A DNA stretch of 64,000 nt from Piromyces finnis finn (taxonomy: Eukaryota > Fungi > Neocallimastigomycota): NCBI GenBank assembly GCA_002104945.1, contig MCFH01000002.1, positions 1,550,001 through 1,614,000 on the forward strand, read 5' to 3'. Each line of letters starts with the position of its first letter. Position 1 is the first letter of the stretch. The notes beneath the pieces were generated by a model, which saw only the letters and a list, made by a program, of their open reading frames with translations, was not told the DNA's origin and searched no databases. Shown here one piece after another: positions 25,809 to 44,201 of the stretch. The translations under genes were made by a program, and so were the position numbers.

Positions 25809-28800
25809 TTTTTTTTTTTTTTTAACGGCATCAAATATTTTAAACTTTATTATTAATTTAATTAAAATTACAATACATGTAATAAAAAAAATTAAAAATA
25901 AAAATAAAAATAAAAAAAATATGTTTAAATAAACACAAATGAATAAAAATTGGGTATAATGTATTCTAGTAATTTTAATTAAAGTAAGAAAGCCACTATC
26001 ATACTAAAGTATAATAATTGTATTTGACTTCCAATGGGACACCGAGCCAAAGATCAAAATTTTGTCATGGAACAAAATTATGATCTCCATTGGTTGCGCT
26101 GGCCCTCCTGGCCTGTCTTACTGTTTCTTCAGCATTGACGCTCTTGGATGTTGCTTCAAACCTTTTGAACATTGACCATTGCTGGCCAATAGCAAAAGGC
26201 ATGATTTTGGTTAGAAGTTCCGCGGTTACCGTCAAGAATGGTGTTCCTTCATTAGTACCAGATTGAATCTGACGCTTACAAAATTCTTTCCATTCCCTTG
26301 AATTGTAATTAATATTGTTAAAACTTCTTCCCCCAAGAAGGAATTTAAATATTTTACTGCACACACTAGAATAATCATACACATTAATATTCACCGGATT
26401 ATTAGAACTATTACTATCATTAACTAAATTACTATCTAAATTAGAATTATTATCATCACTATTGCTATCATTACTAATATTATTATTTCTATTACTACTA
26501 TTGTTATTATTACTATTTCTATTATTACTATTACTACTATTGTTATTATTACTATTGTTATTATTATTATTGTTACTATTACTATTACTGTTATTGCTAT
26601 CTCTGCTGACATTATCAATTTCATTATTATTGATAGGACTGTTGGAATTACGTTGACTGAAAAAATTTAGTAGCTGGACTATGGAATCATAATGTTTAAT
26701 ACGGATATCTCTAAATGTTGGACAATCTAATAACCAATATTTAATACTTTGATCTCCACACTTGCAACATGGACAGTAGTTAGGACAAACTGGATCAACA
26801 AATTTAGCAGCTTTGGCAACTCTAGCATCCAACTTGTATCCGCTTCTTGCTTTCAATAGCCAGTAGAAGCCATAGGCAAACTCTGGGTACTCATAACATA
26901 ATTTAATAAAATATTTAGTTTCAATAAATTTATTATCATCATAATATTGCGCTTTGATTGAATTCCCTTTGAGATCTTTCCAATAAAAGTTTTTAACTGC
27001 TTTAACATCTCCATGTTTCTTTAGTTTTTTATCAAGTGTCCTACTTGATTTGCACCACGTGTATTTTCTAAATTTAGGAATGTAATTGACAAGGTGTGAG
27101 ATAATACAATTTGAGTTTTTCCATTTGTTAAAACATCTAACCTGAGCTAACGCACATTTGGCTGACAATGGAGGAATATTCAAATCTTTTGAGATAGAGT
27201 ATAAAGATATAAACGATACAGCTTTATGAACTCCGGCAATCCATCGTATTCCTTTGTTAACATGCTTCTGAGCAATCCTAGACCTAGCTTTGTTGGATCC
27301 AAGTAATGGTGCAAAGTATGAAACTCTGCTAATCACTTGTGAGTTAAGTACTAGTTTTTTGAAAGGAATAGGAATATTAGGATTTCTTAAGAATCTACTG
27401 ACTGAAAAAAGTCCTTTCAAAACCTTGTTATTAAGAGTTTTAATTACTGGTTTAAGGGACAAATTCTTATCAAATGGAACACCAAGATAAGTATAGCAAT
27501 CAGTAGTTGGAATGGGTTGTCCTGCTAAGTAAAATGTTGGATCTCTCTTGTTCTGATTTTCTATTGATTCAGGACGAATCACCATCGTTGAACATTTCTG
27601 AATACCAAATTCCATTTCATTATACAAGGCCCATTCATTAACTCTTCTAAGCATCTTTTTTAAGCATCCTCCTGTTGGAGCACAAATAACTATATCATCT
27701 GCAAAAAGTCCACCACAGCATCGAGTGTCACCTAAACTGACTCCAAGATCTTCGCACTCTTTAAATATATCATTAATAAAGAGATTAAAGAGAATAGTAG
27801 AAAGAGGGAAACCTTGACGGACTCCTTTCTTCATATCAAAAGATTTCGAGAATTGTCCATCTAATTTGACATTAGCCTTAGATGTAAAATATAAATTTTT
27901 GATGAATTGTAAACTCTTACCTCGGATTCCTAAACAATCTAATTTATGGAGAATATTACCGATTGGGACTGAATCGTATGCTTTCCTGAGATCTAAAAAG
28001 GCCAAATATGTCTCTTTATTATCTAATTGACGTCTACGGCATATTTCTTGGATTGAAATGAAAAGACTGATACTTTCTTCCTTTTTTCGAAAACCAAATT
28101 GTTCAGGTCTAATGAAATTATTCTTTAGACCATATTCTGAGATTCTAGTGGTGACAATTTTGGAAATCAACTTAATGCCATTATTGATAAGTGATATACC
28201 TCGATAGTTATCACAATCTGTCAAATCTCCCTTCTTAGGAATAGAAACAATACTGGATTCATTCCATGAGTTGGGGAAGTCTCCATCCCAAATACGGTTG
28301 AATAATTTAAGAATAAAATTTAAACCATGAGCATCATTATCTGAAGTGGTATTACCAGAAGAAATATTATCTGTAACATTATTAGAATCATTACTTGATG
28401 GAATTAATGCTTTGTAAAATTCAATTGGAATACCATCCGGACCTGATGCTTTATAATTTGGAGTAGAGAGGATAGCTGACTTGACTTCATCAATACTAAT
28501 ATCTTGGTTGATATCCCACTCATCAAGCATAGGAAGTGAAAAACGTTTATTCATTGGTTCTTCATACCAATGCTCTAAATCAAGACTTACACCACTTGGA
28601 TCTGATGCAAGCTTTTCGAAATGATCATGCCACACTTCTAGTTGTTCTTCCGTAGCAACAACTAATTCTCCATTTTTATTTTTAATTGGTTGAGCAATAA
28701 AGAAAGAATCTTTTCCAATTTTTGCAGTTTTCTTGATCCATTTCCAGGCCTTCTTAGGATTATGACTCTTCATATACTCACATCCTGTTTTAATCCAATG

Positions 28801-31376
28801 AAGATATTCTTGCTTCCTAAATTCATTACATCTTTTGTGGATGTAATCAATGAGCTTATGGTAGATTTTAATTCGTTTAATAAATTCATCTATATCATAA
28901 ATTCTTTCTTTTTTAAATCTCTTATACAACTTCATTTTGATTTTTTGAAGATTAAAAATTTGTTGTGAAATATGAAATGAAGACTTTATAACATTATTTG
29001 CTGAGGTAATACTGAGCTCGTCTGCAATTGAAAAAGCAGTTGAAGTAAACTCTTTGGAAAGTTCATCTGTAGAAACATTAGGATCGTTGAATTTGGCTGA
29101 AAGTATTTGGAATTTATTATGACTGAGAATAGATTCCTTTTCCTCAATACATTTTAATCTATTCCATTTCAGAATTTTCTTAGGAACATTAAAGTCATTA
29201 GAAAAATCTTCCATAGGAATAATTTTACCATTAATAAGAAGTGGCTTATGGTCTGATACAGGATAAAAATTATTTATAAATGATCCTGAGTGAATAAGAT
29301 CTTTCATCTTCGAATTGATAAGAGCATGGTCAATGTCGGAAGATTGATCACCTCGAGTCCAAGAGATAGTCGACCCTCTAAGCGGAAGAATTTCCCAATC
29401 TCCTAATCCATTAGTTGATAACCAGTTGGATAATTTTACTTTAGACATATTAAAATCACCAACAAGAATCGATGGATGGGATGAATGAGTTTGTAACCAC
29501 AAGCGAACTTCTAACTTTGCATGATCAACATAGATGTTGTGATGACTATGAGGCATATAAACATTTCCAATCGAGCATTTGAATCTATTCCAGAGACTAA
29601 AAGTATAAATAGAAATAATATACTTTCCAGAGAAGTTTTCAAGTGAGGCTTGACATGAATTGTGAAAACCTAAATATAAACCTCTCATTCCAGGAACTGA
29701 TTCGTCAGCTTTCTTGAAAAAGTGTCTATAGTTTCGCAAAGTAACACGACAAGGATAATCTGTATTCGATCCAGAACCATTACCAGTTTCTTGGAAACAT
29801 AAAAATAATGGTTTGAAAATAGCTGTGAAATAGCTAATACTATCTCTCTTTTCGTGATTCCACCCATTGGTGTTCCAACTAAGACAAAAAGAAAAGTTAT
29901 CAGGCTTGTTGGATGAGGAAGAATCGTTGCTATTATTATTATTATTAAAGTCATCGTTATTAATGGATGATGCATCAGAGGAATAAGTAGAACTATTACT
30001 AGATGGCTGTGAAACTGAAGAACTATCAACTATTGAACTGTTATCAGAGTTGATAGAGCTATTAGAATTAATTGTTGAATGTTGAGATTGAAATTGTGTT
30101 TGCTGTAGATCTGGAATATTTTCATGATGGGAAACTTGTTGAAGATCCTGTTGAAGATCTTGTTGAAGATCGGATTGTTGATGAGATTGTTGAACTGATT
30201 GTTGAAGTGATTGTTGAATTGAAAGTTGATGTTTATTAGAAACTAAAATTTTACGTTTGAGTGTGGAAAAAGTGTATTTGTGATTCCTTCTACTACGAGC
30301 TGAAAAGGAAATTGAGGTAACTGAAAGTTTCTTCTTTAACATGTGTAAGATTTTAATACAATCTTTCGATGAACCATGAACCTTGACTAAGAAAAAGTGA
30401 TCATTGAAAGTCTGAAAATATTTAACACTAATAACTGAATTAAATTTATCTTCCAGAATAACCTCGAGTTTATCCCATAGCATATTTACTGACCATGATC
30501 GAATACCACGAATAAAGAAGGAGCGAATATCATCTAAGGGGATACCATAAGACCGGGTACCACGTCTGATATAATTCTTATCTTTAATATAAAGGACTGA
30601 CATGATAATTAATTCTAATTAAAAAATATTGAATATAAAATAAATACTAATAAAAATTATAAATATAACGTATATGGAAAAAAATCTGTCTCTCTCTCTC
30701 TTCTTAAAAGTACTGGATAGTACAAAAATTGTTACGATGCTTTGTTTAAAGTTTAAAGTTTCTTTTTTTGAATTCTAGTTGTAAATTTTCTTTAAAAATT
30801 CTAGTTTTGGTTTGTTGTTAGTAAATTCGATTCGCTTTTTGACACTAAACTTGTTTGACTTTACTTTTCATTAAATATTTAAATTGGTAAAAAATTTGAA
30901 TCAAGAATGCCGACACCAGAAAGCTTGTGAATAGTATTTTTACATGATGTAGAGTGAATCAATCTCTTACAAGAAACAATACAACAATAGCTACATGAAT
31001 ATAAAAATACAATGCAAATGCTAAAGTTACCTACATTGGATTCTTACAAGAGAAGAGTAGTACTACATGAATACATGAATAAAAGAAAAAATACAGCAAC
31101 AAAATGTATTACTCTTCTAATTAAATACTATACAAACTTACCTGAATATCAAACATTCAACTTATTCATCAAATACTTAAATTCGATGGATAAATGTTTT
31201 TTAATCGCTCAGTACCATGAGCTTAGTCCTAATAATTTTCCCTTAAAGACTAACCAAGCATCCATTGCGCAATACTTGGATTTAATTCTTCCTACTCTCT
31301 CAGTACCATGAGCATGAGTAGACCCCCTTGAGAAACTACATTTATTAAATAAATGAAGGCACGTTTCCAAGAGGGC
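25809..31376 (-). mobile_element. Full-length non-LTR retrotransposon (LINE, APE-RT type), 5,568 bp, A15 tail, 13-bp TSD
   Basis: T15 at 25809-25823 (poly-A on the minus strand). Identical attataataagca at 25796-25808 and 31377-31389. ~770-nt 5' leader, one long ORF, ~240-nt 3'UTR. Confidence 0.97.
26065..30603 (-). CDS. LINE polyprotein, 1,512 aa: putative N-terminal RRM-like region, Q/S linker, AP endonuclease, reverse transcriptase, C-terminal Cys knuckle
   Basis: APE motifs SWNTNG, FQET, GNVYMP, VGDFN, SDIDH, SDHKP. RT motifs ASGPDGIP, IPKKGD..NYRGISL, QFGFR, AFLDLRKAYDSV, RQG.PLS, FADD. CPCCKC..SIKYWLLDCP near the C-terminus. Confidence 0.96.
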   Translation of the reverse strand: MSVLYIKDKNYIRRGTRSYGIPLDDIRSFFIRGIRSWSVNMLWDKLEVILEDKFNSVISVKYFQTFNDHFFLVKVHGSSKDCIKILHMLKKKLSVTSISFSARSRRNHKYTFSTLKRKILVSNKHQLSIQQSLQQSVQQSHQQSDLQQDLQQDLQQVSHHENIPDLQQTQFQSQHSTINSNSSINSDNSSIVDSSSVSQPSSNSSTYSSDASSINNDDFNNNNNSNDSSSSNKPDNFSFCLSWNTNGWNHEKRDSISYFTAIFKPLFLCFQETGNGSGSNTDYPCRVTLRNYRHFFKKADESVPGMRGLYLGFHNSCQASLENFSGKYIISIYTFSLWNRFKCSIGNVYMPHSHHNIYVDHAKLEVRLWLQTHSSHPSILVGDFNMSKVKLSNWLSTNGLGDWEILPLRGSTISWTRGDQSSDIDHALINSKMKDLIHSGSFINNFYPVSDHKPLLINGKIIPMEDFSNDFNVPKKILKWNRLKCIEEKESILSHNKFQILSAKFNDPNVSTDELSKEFTSTAFSIADELSITSANNVIKSSFHISQQIFNLQKIKMKLYKRFKKERIYDIDEFIKRIKIYHKLIDYIHKRCNEFRKQEYLHWIKTGCEYMKSHNPKKAWKWIKKTAKIGKDSFFIAQPIKNKNGELVVATEEQLEVWHDHFEKLASDPSGVSLDLEHWYEEPMNKRFSLPMLDEWDINQDISIDEVKSAILSTPNYKASGPDGIPIEFYKALIPSSNDSNNVTDNISSGNTTSDNDAHGLNFILKLFNRIWDGDFPNSWNESSIVSIPKKGDLTDCDNYRGISLINNGIKLISKIVTTRISEYGLKNNFIRPEQFGFRKKEESISLFISIQEICRRRQLDNKETYLAFLDLRKAYDSVPIGNILHKLDCLGIRGKSLQFIKNLYFTSKANVKLDGQFSKSFDMKKGVRQGFPLSTILFNLFINDIFKECEDLGVSLGDTRCCGGLFADDIVICAPTGGCLKKMLRRVNEWALYNEMEFGIQKCSTMVIRPESIENQNKRDPTFYLAGQPIPTTDCYTYLGVPFDKNLSLKPVIKTLNNKVLKGLFSVSRFLRNPNIPIPFKKLVLNSQVISRVSYFAPLLGSNKARSRIAQKHVNKGIRWIAGVHKAVSFISLYSISKDLNIPPLSAKCALAQVRCFNKWKNSNCIISHLVNYIPKFRKYTWCKSSRTLDKKLKKHGDVKAVKNFYWKDLKGNSIKAQYYDDNKFIETKYFIKLCYEYPEFAYGFYWLLKARSGYKLDARVAKAAKFVDPVCPNYCPCCKCGDQSIKYWLLDCPTFRDIRIKHYDSIVQLLNFFSQRNSNSPINNNEIDNVSRDSNNSNSNSNNNNNNNSNNNNSSNSNNRNSNNNNSSNRNNNISNDSNSDDNNSNLDSNLVNDSNSSNNPVNINVYDYSSVCSKIFKFLLGGRSFNNINYNSREWKEFCKRQIQSGTNEGTPFLTVTAELLTKIMPFAIGQQWSMFKRFEATSKSVNAEETVRQARRASATNGDHNFVP

Positions 31377-31964
31377 ATTATAATAAGCAAACAATAATAG
31401 AAACCATTATAAATTTTATATTATATATATTATTTATTAATTTCATTAAAAAATATTTTATTTTGAATAACTCTTTATCTTTTTTTTTTTTATTAAACTA
31501 ATGTGTTTTATGATAAAAATAATTAATTCTTTCACTTTTATTTATTGGTCTTTATTGATAAATTAATTTGTTATTATAATATTATAATAAATGATAAATG
31601 TATTAGAAAAAAAAATTAAAAATAATTGCTTTTTTTTTTTTTTTTTTTTTTTAAGCAATAATATAATTAAATAAGAAAATACTTCTTAAACTATATATAT
31701 ATATATAAATTAATAAATATTGAATAGTATATTTATAGCAGGTTGGTGATTTTTAATTAATTTTAATAAATATTTCTTGTTCCTAATTATCAATTACTTA
31801 TTTATTATCAAATTTAACTCTTATTATTATTCATTTACTGGTTTAATTGTTTTGATGATTAGCATTACTGCTATTATCGTTTGTAATGATTTTTGTTTTT
31901 ATAAATAATAGATCATTTTATATTAGCGCGGTATTATTATTATTATTATTCAGTTTAACAAAAT

Positions 31965-33433
31965 TTAAAACATTTCTTCCTCTGGATTTTCTTCTTCTCC
32001 CTGGTCAGGTATCTCAAAACCATCCTAATATTATATTATTTAAAGAAATATATTAATTATATATTTTTTTTTCTTTGTATTATACAATCACAAAATTATA
32101 TTTCTATTTATCCTACTTCAGTGCTATATAATATTGTTTGAACATCCTTCATAAACTCTTGACATTCTATTGGAGCCTAATATAATTTTCCCATATTAAT
32201 TTAATGCTTTTATTTATTTATTCTATTTATGTTAATATTTATATTAACTTACAACTTCAATTTGATTTTGAATTAAAACTTCAATATCTCTAAGCTTTCC
32301 AAAATAAAAGTCTCTTTCCTTTTCTAAAGCCTCGACAGTAGCTTTCAATCCAGTAATTTCACTTGATAATTCATTCATTGTGTTTTGATATTCAGCCTCA
32401 AGTTCAGCCTTTTTGATAGCCCTTAAAATATAATGATTATTATATACATATTTATTCAATATATTGAAAGTATTAAAAAAATTTTTGAATATAATATTAC
32501 CATTGTTCAGCAGCATGATTATCTGCTACTGTTTTAGTCTTTAAAGTTGATGTGGTTTTAGTACCGGTAGGTTTTATTCCTGTAGTTCTTGTTGGAGTTG
32601 AACGAGATGAAGCTGTACTTGGTCTTGATGTAACAACACGTGGTTTAACTTTAATTTAAATAATATGTTATTATTAATTATGTTATTGAATATAACTTAT
32701 AAATTTATGAAGTATTATCCGATAAAAAAAAAAATACCTGAATTTAATGGCTTTTTAGTTACTTTTTTTGAAGCATTTCTTCTAGCAACTGCATCATAAG
32801 CATTTCCAGAATAATAAGTATCCCAAAATTTTTTCATCCATTGTAAAAATTCCAAATTGTCTTGAAATCTACATTTCATTAATCGTTGAACCGGGATAGC
32901 CTTCATACAAAATATAATACTATTAATATCTATCTTAATATAAATAATATATTATAATAATACTAATTTAATACTTTACTTTATCAATACCATGCTTATC
33001 AAAAACTTGTTGTAAAATTTTGTAATTTTGAACATATTCATATTCTAAATTAGTTGTGAAATTAACTCTTCTTAAAGGAACATCACCAGCTAAAAACATT
33101 GATATTATTGTTAATATATTATTTATTTATTTATTTTAATGTATAATTTTATTATTAATATTATAAATCATTAATTTATCTATTATTTTTTCTATTTAAG
33201 AAAAAAAAAATAAATACAAAATGTATTCACATACGATAAATTGAATCCATAATTTGACAAAGAGCAGCACCTTATAATAATATTAAAATGTTATTATTAA
33301 TATTAGTAATAAAATTAGTTGTTATAGTATAACTTTAATTTATAATACCTGTTCCACATTGTTCTATTTTTGTATAATTTAATTGTAATAAATCATTTAA
33401 CCAAGTTAAAAGTTCTGTTCTTGATTCACCCAT
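31965..33433 (-). CDS. BIM1: Microtubule plus-end binding protein EB1/Bim1/Mal3 (multi-exon)
   Basis: MGESRTELLTWLNDLL..EQCGTGAALCQIMDSI..; CH-domain motif KCRFQDNLEFLQWMKKFWD; EBH motif LEKERDFYFGKLRDIE; acidic tail DGFEIP..EEEMF. Confidence 0.96.
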
Positions 33434-34515
33434 ATTGCTATATATATATATTAAAAAGTTATATAATTATTAATTATATATTAATAATATAAAATGTAAA
33501 AATAAATAATTATTTGTTTGCAAATGAAAATGAAAATTTTATTTATTATAAAAATTAATTACTAGAAAAATAAATATATTATATATAAAAATAAAAATAT
33601 AATAATTATTATGTTTTAAAATAAATATTAGTTGAATTTCTATTAAAATTTTAAAATTATTAATAATCTTTTTTCTTTTTAATTTATTAACTAATATTTT
33701 ACATCGTTTTTTTATGTTTTTCCTCGAGATTTATTCCTTTATTATTTTTTTTATCAAATAATTGCCCTCTATATCTATACTCTATTTAAATGAATAATTT
33801 TTTATTCAAAATTTAATATTTTTTAAATAATAAGAATAATAATTATTTCAATTTTAATACACCATTTACATTACATTTACATTAAATTTAAGTCTTTTTT
33901 TTTTCATAATTTAATATTTTATCTATATTATACCTTTTAAAATTAAATAATTCTTTATGATTAATAATTTTTTTAAGAAAAGAAAAAAATTAAATAATAT
34001 TTATTAATTTATATAAATAATATTAAAATAGTTAATATTAAATTCTAATCCTTCATTTTTTTAAAATAAATTACAACAATAAGAATTAATACATTATAAT
34101 CCTAACCTTGCAATAATTATCTTATAGTATTATTCAAATTCATTATCAAAATAAGAGAAATATAATTTTATTATATCAATAATTATTTTAAATGTTTATA
34201 TTTAAAATATACGCCACATATTTTAAATATTGTGAAACATCATATGATTTATTTAATAGCTAAAAAGCCACAACTATAATTTATTAATATTAATTTCTAA
34301 ATAAAATTCTGCTAATCTGTAAATTATATTATAATATTATATCTATATTAGTCTTTAATAAAAATTAATAGTAATACAACATTTTGTTATGTTATAATAA
34401 AGTAAATCTAAAGTTTTTTAGCTAAAGTTTTGGTTACATATTGATTGGATCATATTAATCATCTAGAAATTTCTAATTATAATATATATTTTTTTACATA
34501 AATTTATGTTATACT

Positions 34516-34606
<91 letters not shown>
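34516..34606. repeat. (TTTA)n microsatellite between divergent EB1 and CHORD genes
   Basis: Directly visible. Confidence 0.95.
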
Positions 34607-34611
<5 letters not shown>

Positions 34612-34783
34612 TTTTGTTTTATTTTATTTTTATTTTCATATTTTAAATAAATTAATTATTTAAATTAATAGTAAAATTTAGAATCAAAAAGAAAATAATA
34701 AAGATATTTTTTTTCCATTCTTTTTTATTTTTTAAATTTCCAAATTTAATAGATAAATTAAAATAATATAAATACATATAAAA

Positions 34784-36641
34784 ATGGTTACTTATATTTG
34801 TACTAATAACGGTTGTGGAAAAAGTTATGATCCAGCTGAAGTAATATTTATAATAAAAATAAATAATAATAAATAACAAAAATAAATATCATTAATAAAT
34901 CATTAATAAATCATAAAAAAAAATATTAAAAAAATTAAAAAAGAATAAAATATATAAAAAAAAATAAAAAAATTTTAATTTATTTTAATATATTAATTTT
35001 TACTTTCATTTTTATTATTATTATTATTTTATGACAAAGAATAATGATACTGCTTGTCATTATCACCCAAAAGGTATAGAATAAATTGAAATAAATAATA
35101 TAAGATATTTCATCAATTTTAAACAAATATGTAATAAAATTAAATATATAAATAAAAGGACCAATTTTCCATGAAGGCTTAAAGGGTTGGGGATGCTGTG
35201 ATAAAAAAGTTATTGATTTTGATGATTTTATGAAAATGTAATTAATAAAAAAAATTTTTTTTTATAAAATATATTATTTATTAATAAAATTATATATATA
35301 TATATACATATATATTAAATAATTAACAAAATAAAAACAAAAAATAGACCAGGTTGTACTGTTGGACCACATTCTAATGTTCCACAAGAAAAACCTGCAC
35401 CAGAAACAGTTAAGGAAGACATTAAAGTTGAAAGTTCTACTAATAACCCAAATGTTGAAGTATTTAATACAGTACCAACACCAGCTCCAGCATCAACAAA
35501 AAAGCCAGCTGAAGAAAAGCCAAAAGTAAGAGAAGAAGATTTGAATGATCCAGCTGATGCTGTTATTGCACCAGGTACTATTTGTAGACGCAAAGGTTGT
35601 GGTAAAAAATATGTTGATGCTTCATCAAGAGAAGAAGAATGTATATTCCATTCTGGTGAACCTTTATTCCATGAAGGAAGTAAAGGTAAATATATATAAT
35701 ATATATTATATAATATTTAATATAAATATATATTTAAAAATAAATAATAAATATTTAATTTTTTAAATTCACCATTTTATTTAAAAACTATAAAAAAGGT
35801 TGGACATGTTGTTCAAGAAAAGTTTTAGAGTTTGAAGAATTCTTAAAAATTCAAGGTTGCAAGAAAGGAAAACATAGATTTACTGACGTTAAGATTGTAA
35901 TATTAATAATAATCTCAAATATAAATTGAATATTGCAAAGTATAATTTATTAAATTTATTAATAATATCAAATTTAAACTAAAAATCGATAAAATAAAGG
36001 AAGGTGATAAGCAAAATGAAGTTGTTAAGTGTAGACATGATTGGTATCAAACTCAAACCTCTGTTATTATTTCAATCTTTGCTAAAAAGGTTGATAAGGA
36101 AAAGACTACAGTTAAATTTGAAACTGAAAAAGTAATTTATATTTAATATAAAGTTTTATTTAAATAATTTTTACTTGTTTAATAATATATATAGAATAAA
36201 TGTAATTTCTTGAAATAATATTTTAAATTTAATTATTTTTTTATATTTGATTTTTATATATATAAATATAGTTATTAGTCGATGTTGTATTCCAAGATGG
36301 TAAAGTGTTCCAATTCCATACTGATTTATCTCAACCAATTATCCCAGAACAATCTAAATATGAAATATTATCCACTAAAATAGAAATCAATTTAAAAAAA
36401 GCTAATGGAATTAGTTGGCCAACAATCGAACCAAACTCCAATGTTGTTTCATGGACTACTTTTGGTGTTGAAGTATATATTTAAAAAATTTTAGTGTTGC
36501 TTATTATATATTAGAAATCTTAATCTTATTTTATTAATTTTTATTAAAAAATTTTATTATTGAAAGGGTTCTGTTGGTACAGTAGGTTCAAAGAAGATGT
36601 ATGTTGCCAATGATGTAGCAATTAACCAAATTAGAGGATAA
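34784..36641 (+). CDS. CHORDC1: Cys/His-rich CHORD protein (2 CHORD plus CS/p23 domain), Hsp90 co-chaperone type
   Basis: [55 protein letters not shown]; CS domain CRHDWYQTQTSVIISIFAK..STKIEINLKKA..SWP. Confidence 0.94.
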
Positions 36642-37035
36642 ATTAATTCAATCAATTAATTAATTATTAGTATCAAATAGTAAATATAGATATTTTATTT
36701 CATTTACCGAAATATTACTTAAAGCTGTAAAATAAATGTAACAATTAATATAAGATAATAGTATTATTATAAAAGAAATAATGATGATAAAGTTAAAATT
36801 TATAAATAGCTTTTTTTTTGCACTATAAATAAATATATTAACGCATATAATAAAAACTAAAAATATTTAATAATAATGGACATTAAAAACTATTAAAAAT
36901 TTTATTTATTTAGTATACTTATTTTATTATTAATTTATATGTTTCTTTATCAATAAATAAATAAGGAAAAGATGTTACTGGATTATTTAAGGAAAAGAAT
37001 GTTATTAAGAAGAATATAAATAATTGAAATTTATT

Positions 37036-43830
<6,795 letters not shown>

Positions 43831-44201
43831 TTTCTATCCTTGTTTTTACATTAATAATAAATATTATTAAGTATATGAAATAATTTTCATATTATTTACT
43901 TAAATACACTTCTTTAATATTTGTTATTTTAAATTTAAAAAATATTGCAATAAAAATTTAATTTATTTTTTATTTTAAAAAACTTTATTTTTTTTTAATA
44001 TTAAAATAAAAGTTTAAATTAAAATAGAATGATAAAATGTCATAGGCTCGAAACTTTACTATATTTTCAAAAATAAAATTAGGAAAAACCAGCATTACAA
44101 AAAAAATTTTTTTTAATAATATTATTTCATTTTAATTAACTATTTTTGATAGAATTAATTTATAATTTTTATTTATTAAAAAAAGGATAAATAAAAAACT
44201 A

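Noticed and set aside
31130-31150. Perfect CAG|GTAAGT donor in the LINE 5' leader as the source of the deleted copies
   Set aside because: None of the observed deletion junctions uses it or ends at an AG acceptor; such hexamers are common in AT-rich DNA.
31185-31376. Calling the LINE 5' end a known ribozyme class
   Set aside because: No HDV L3/P1.1/CGAAU arrangement, no CUGANGA..GAAA hammerhead core, no twister or pistol consensus; kept only as an unclassified structure.
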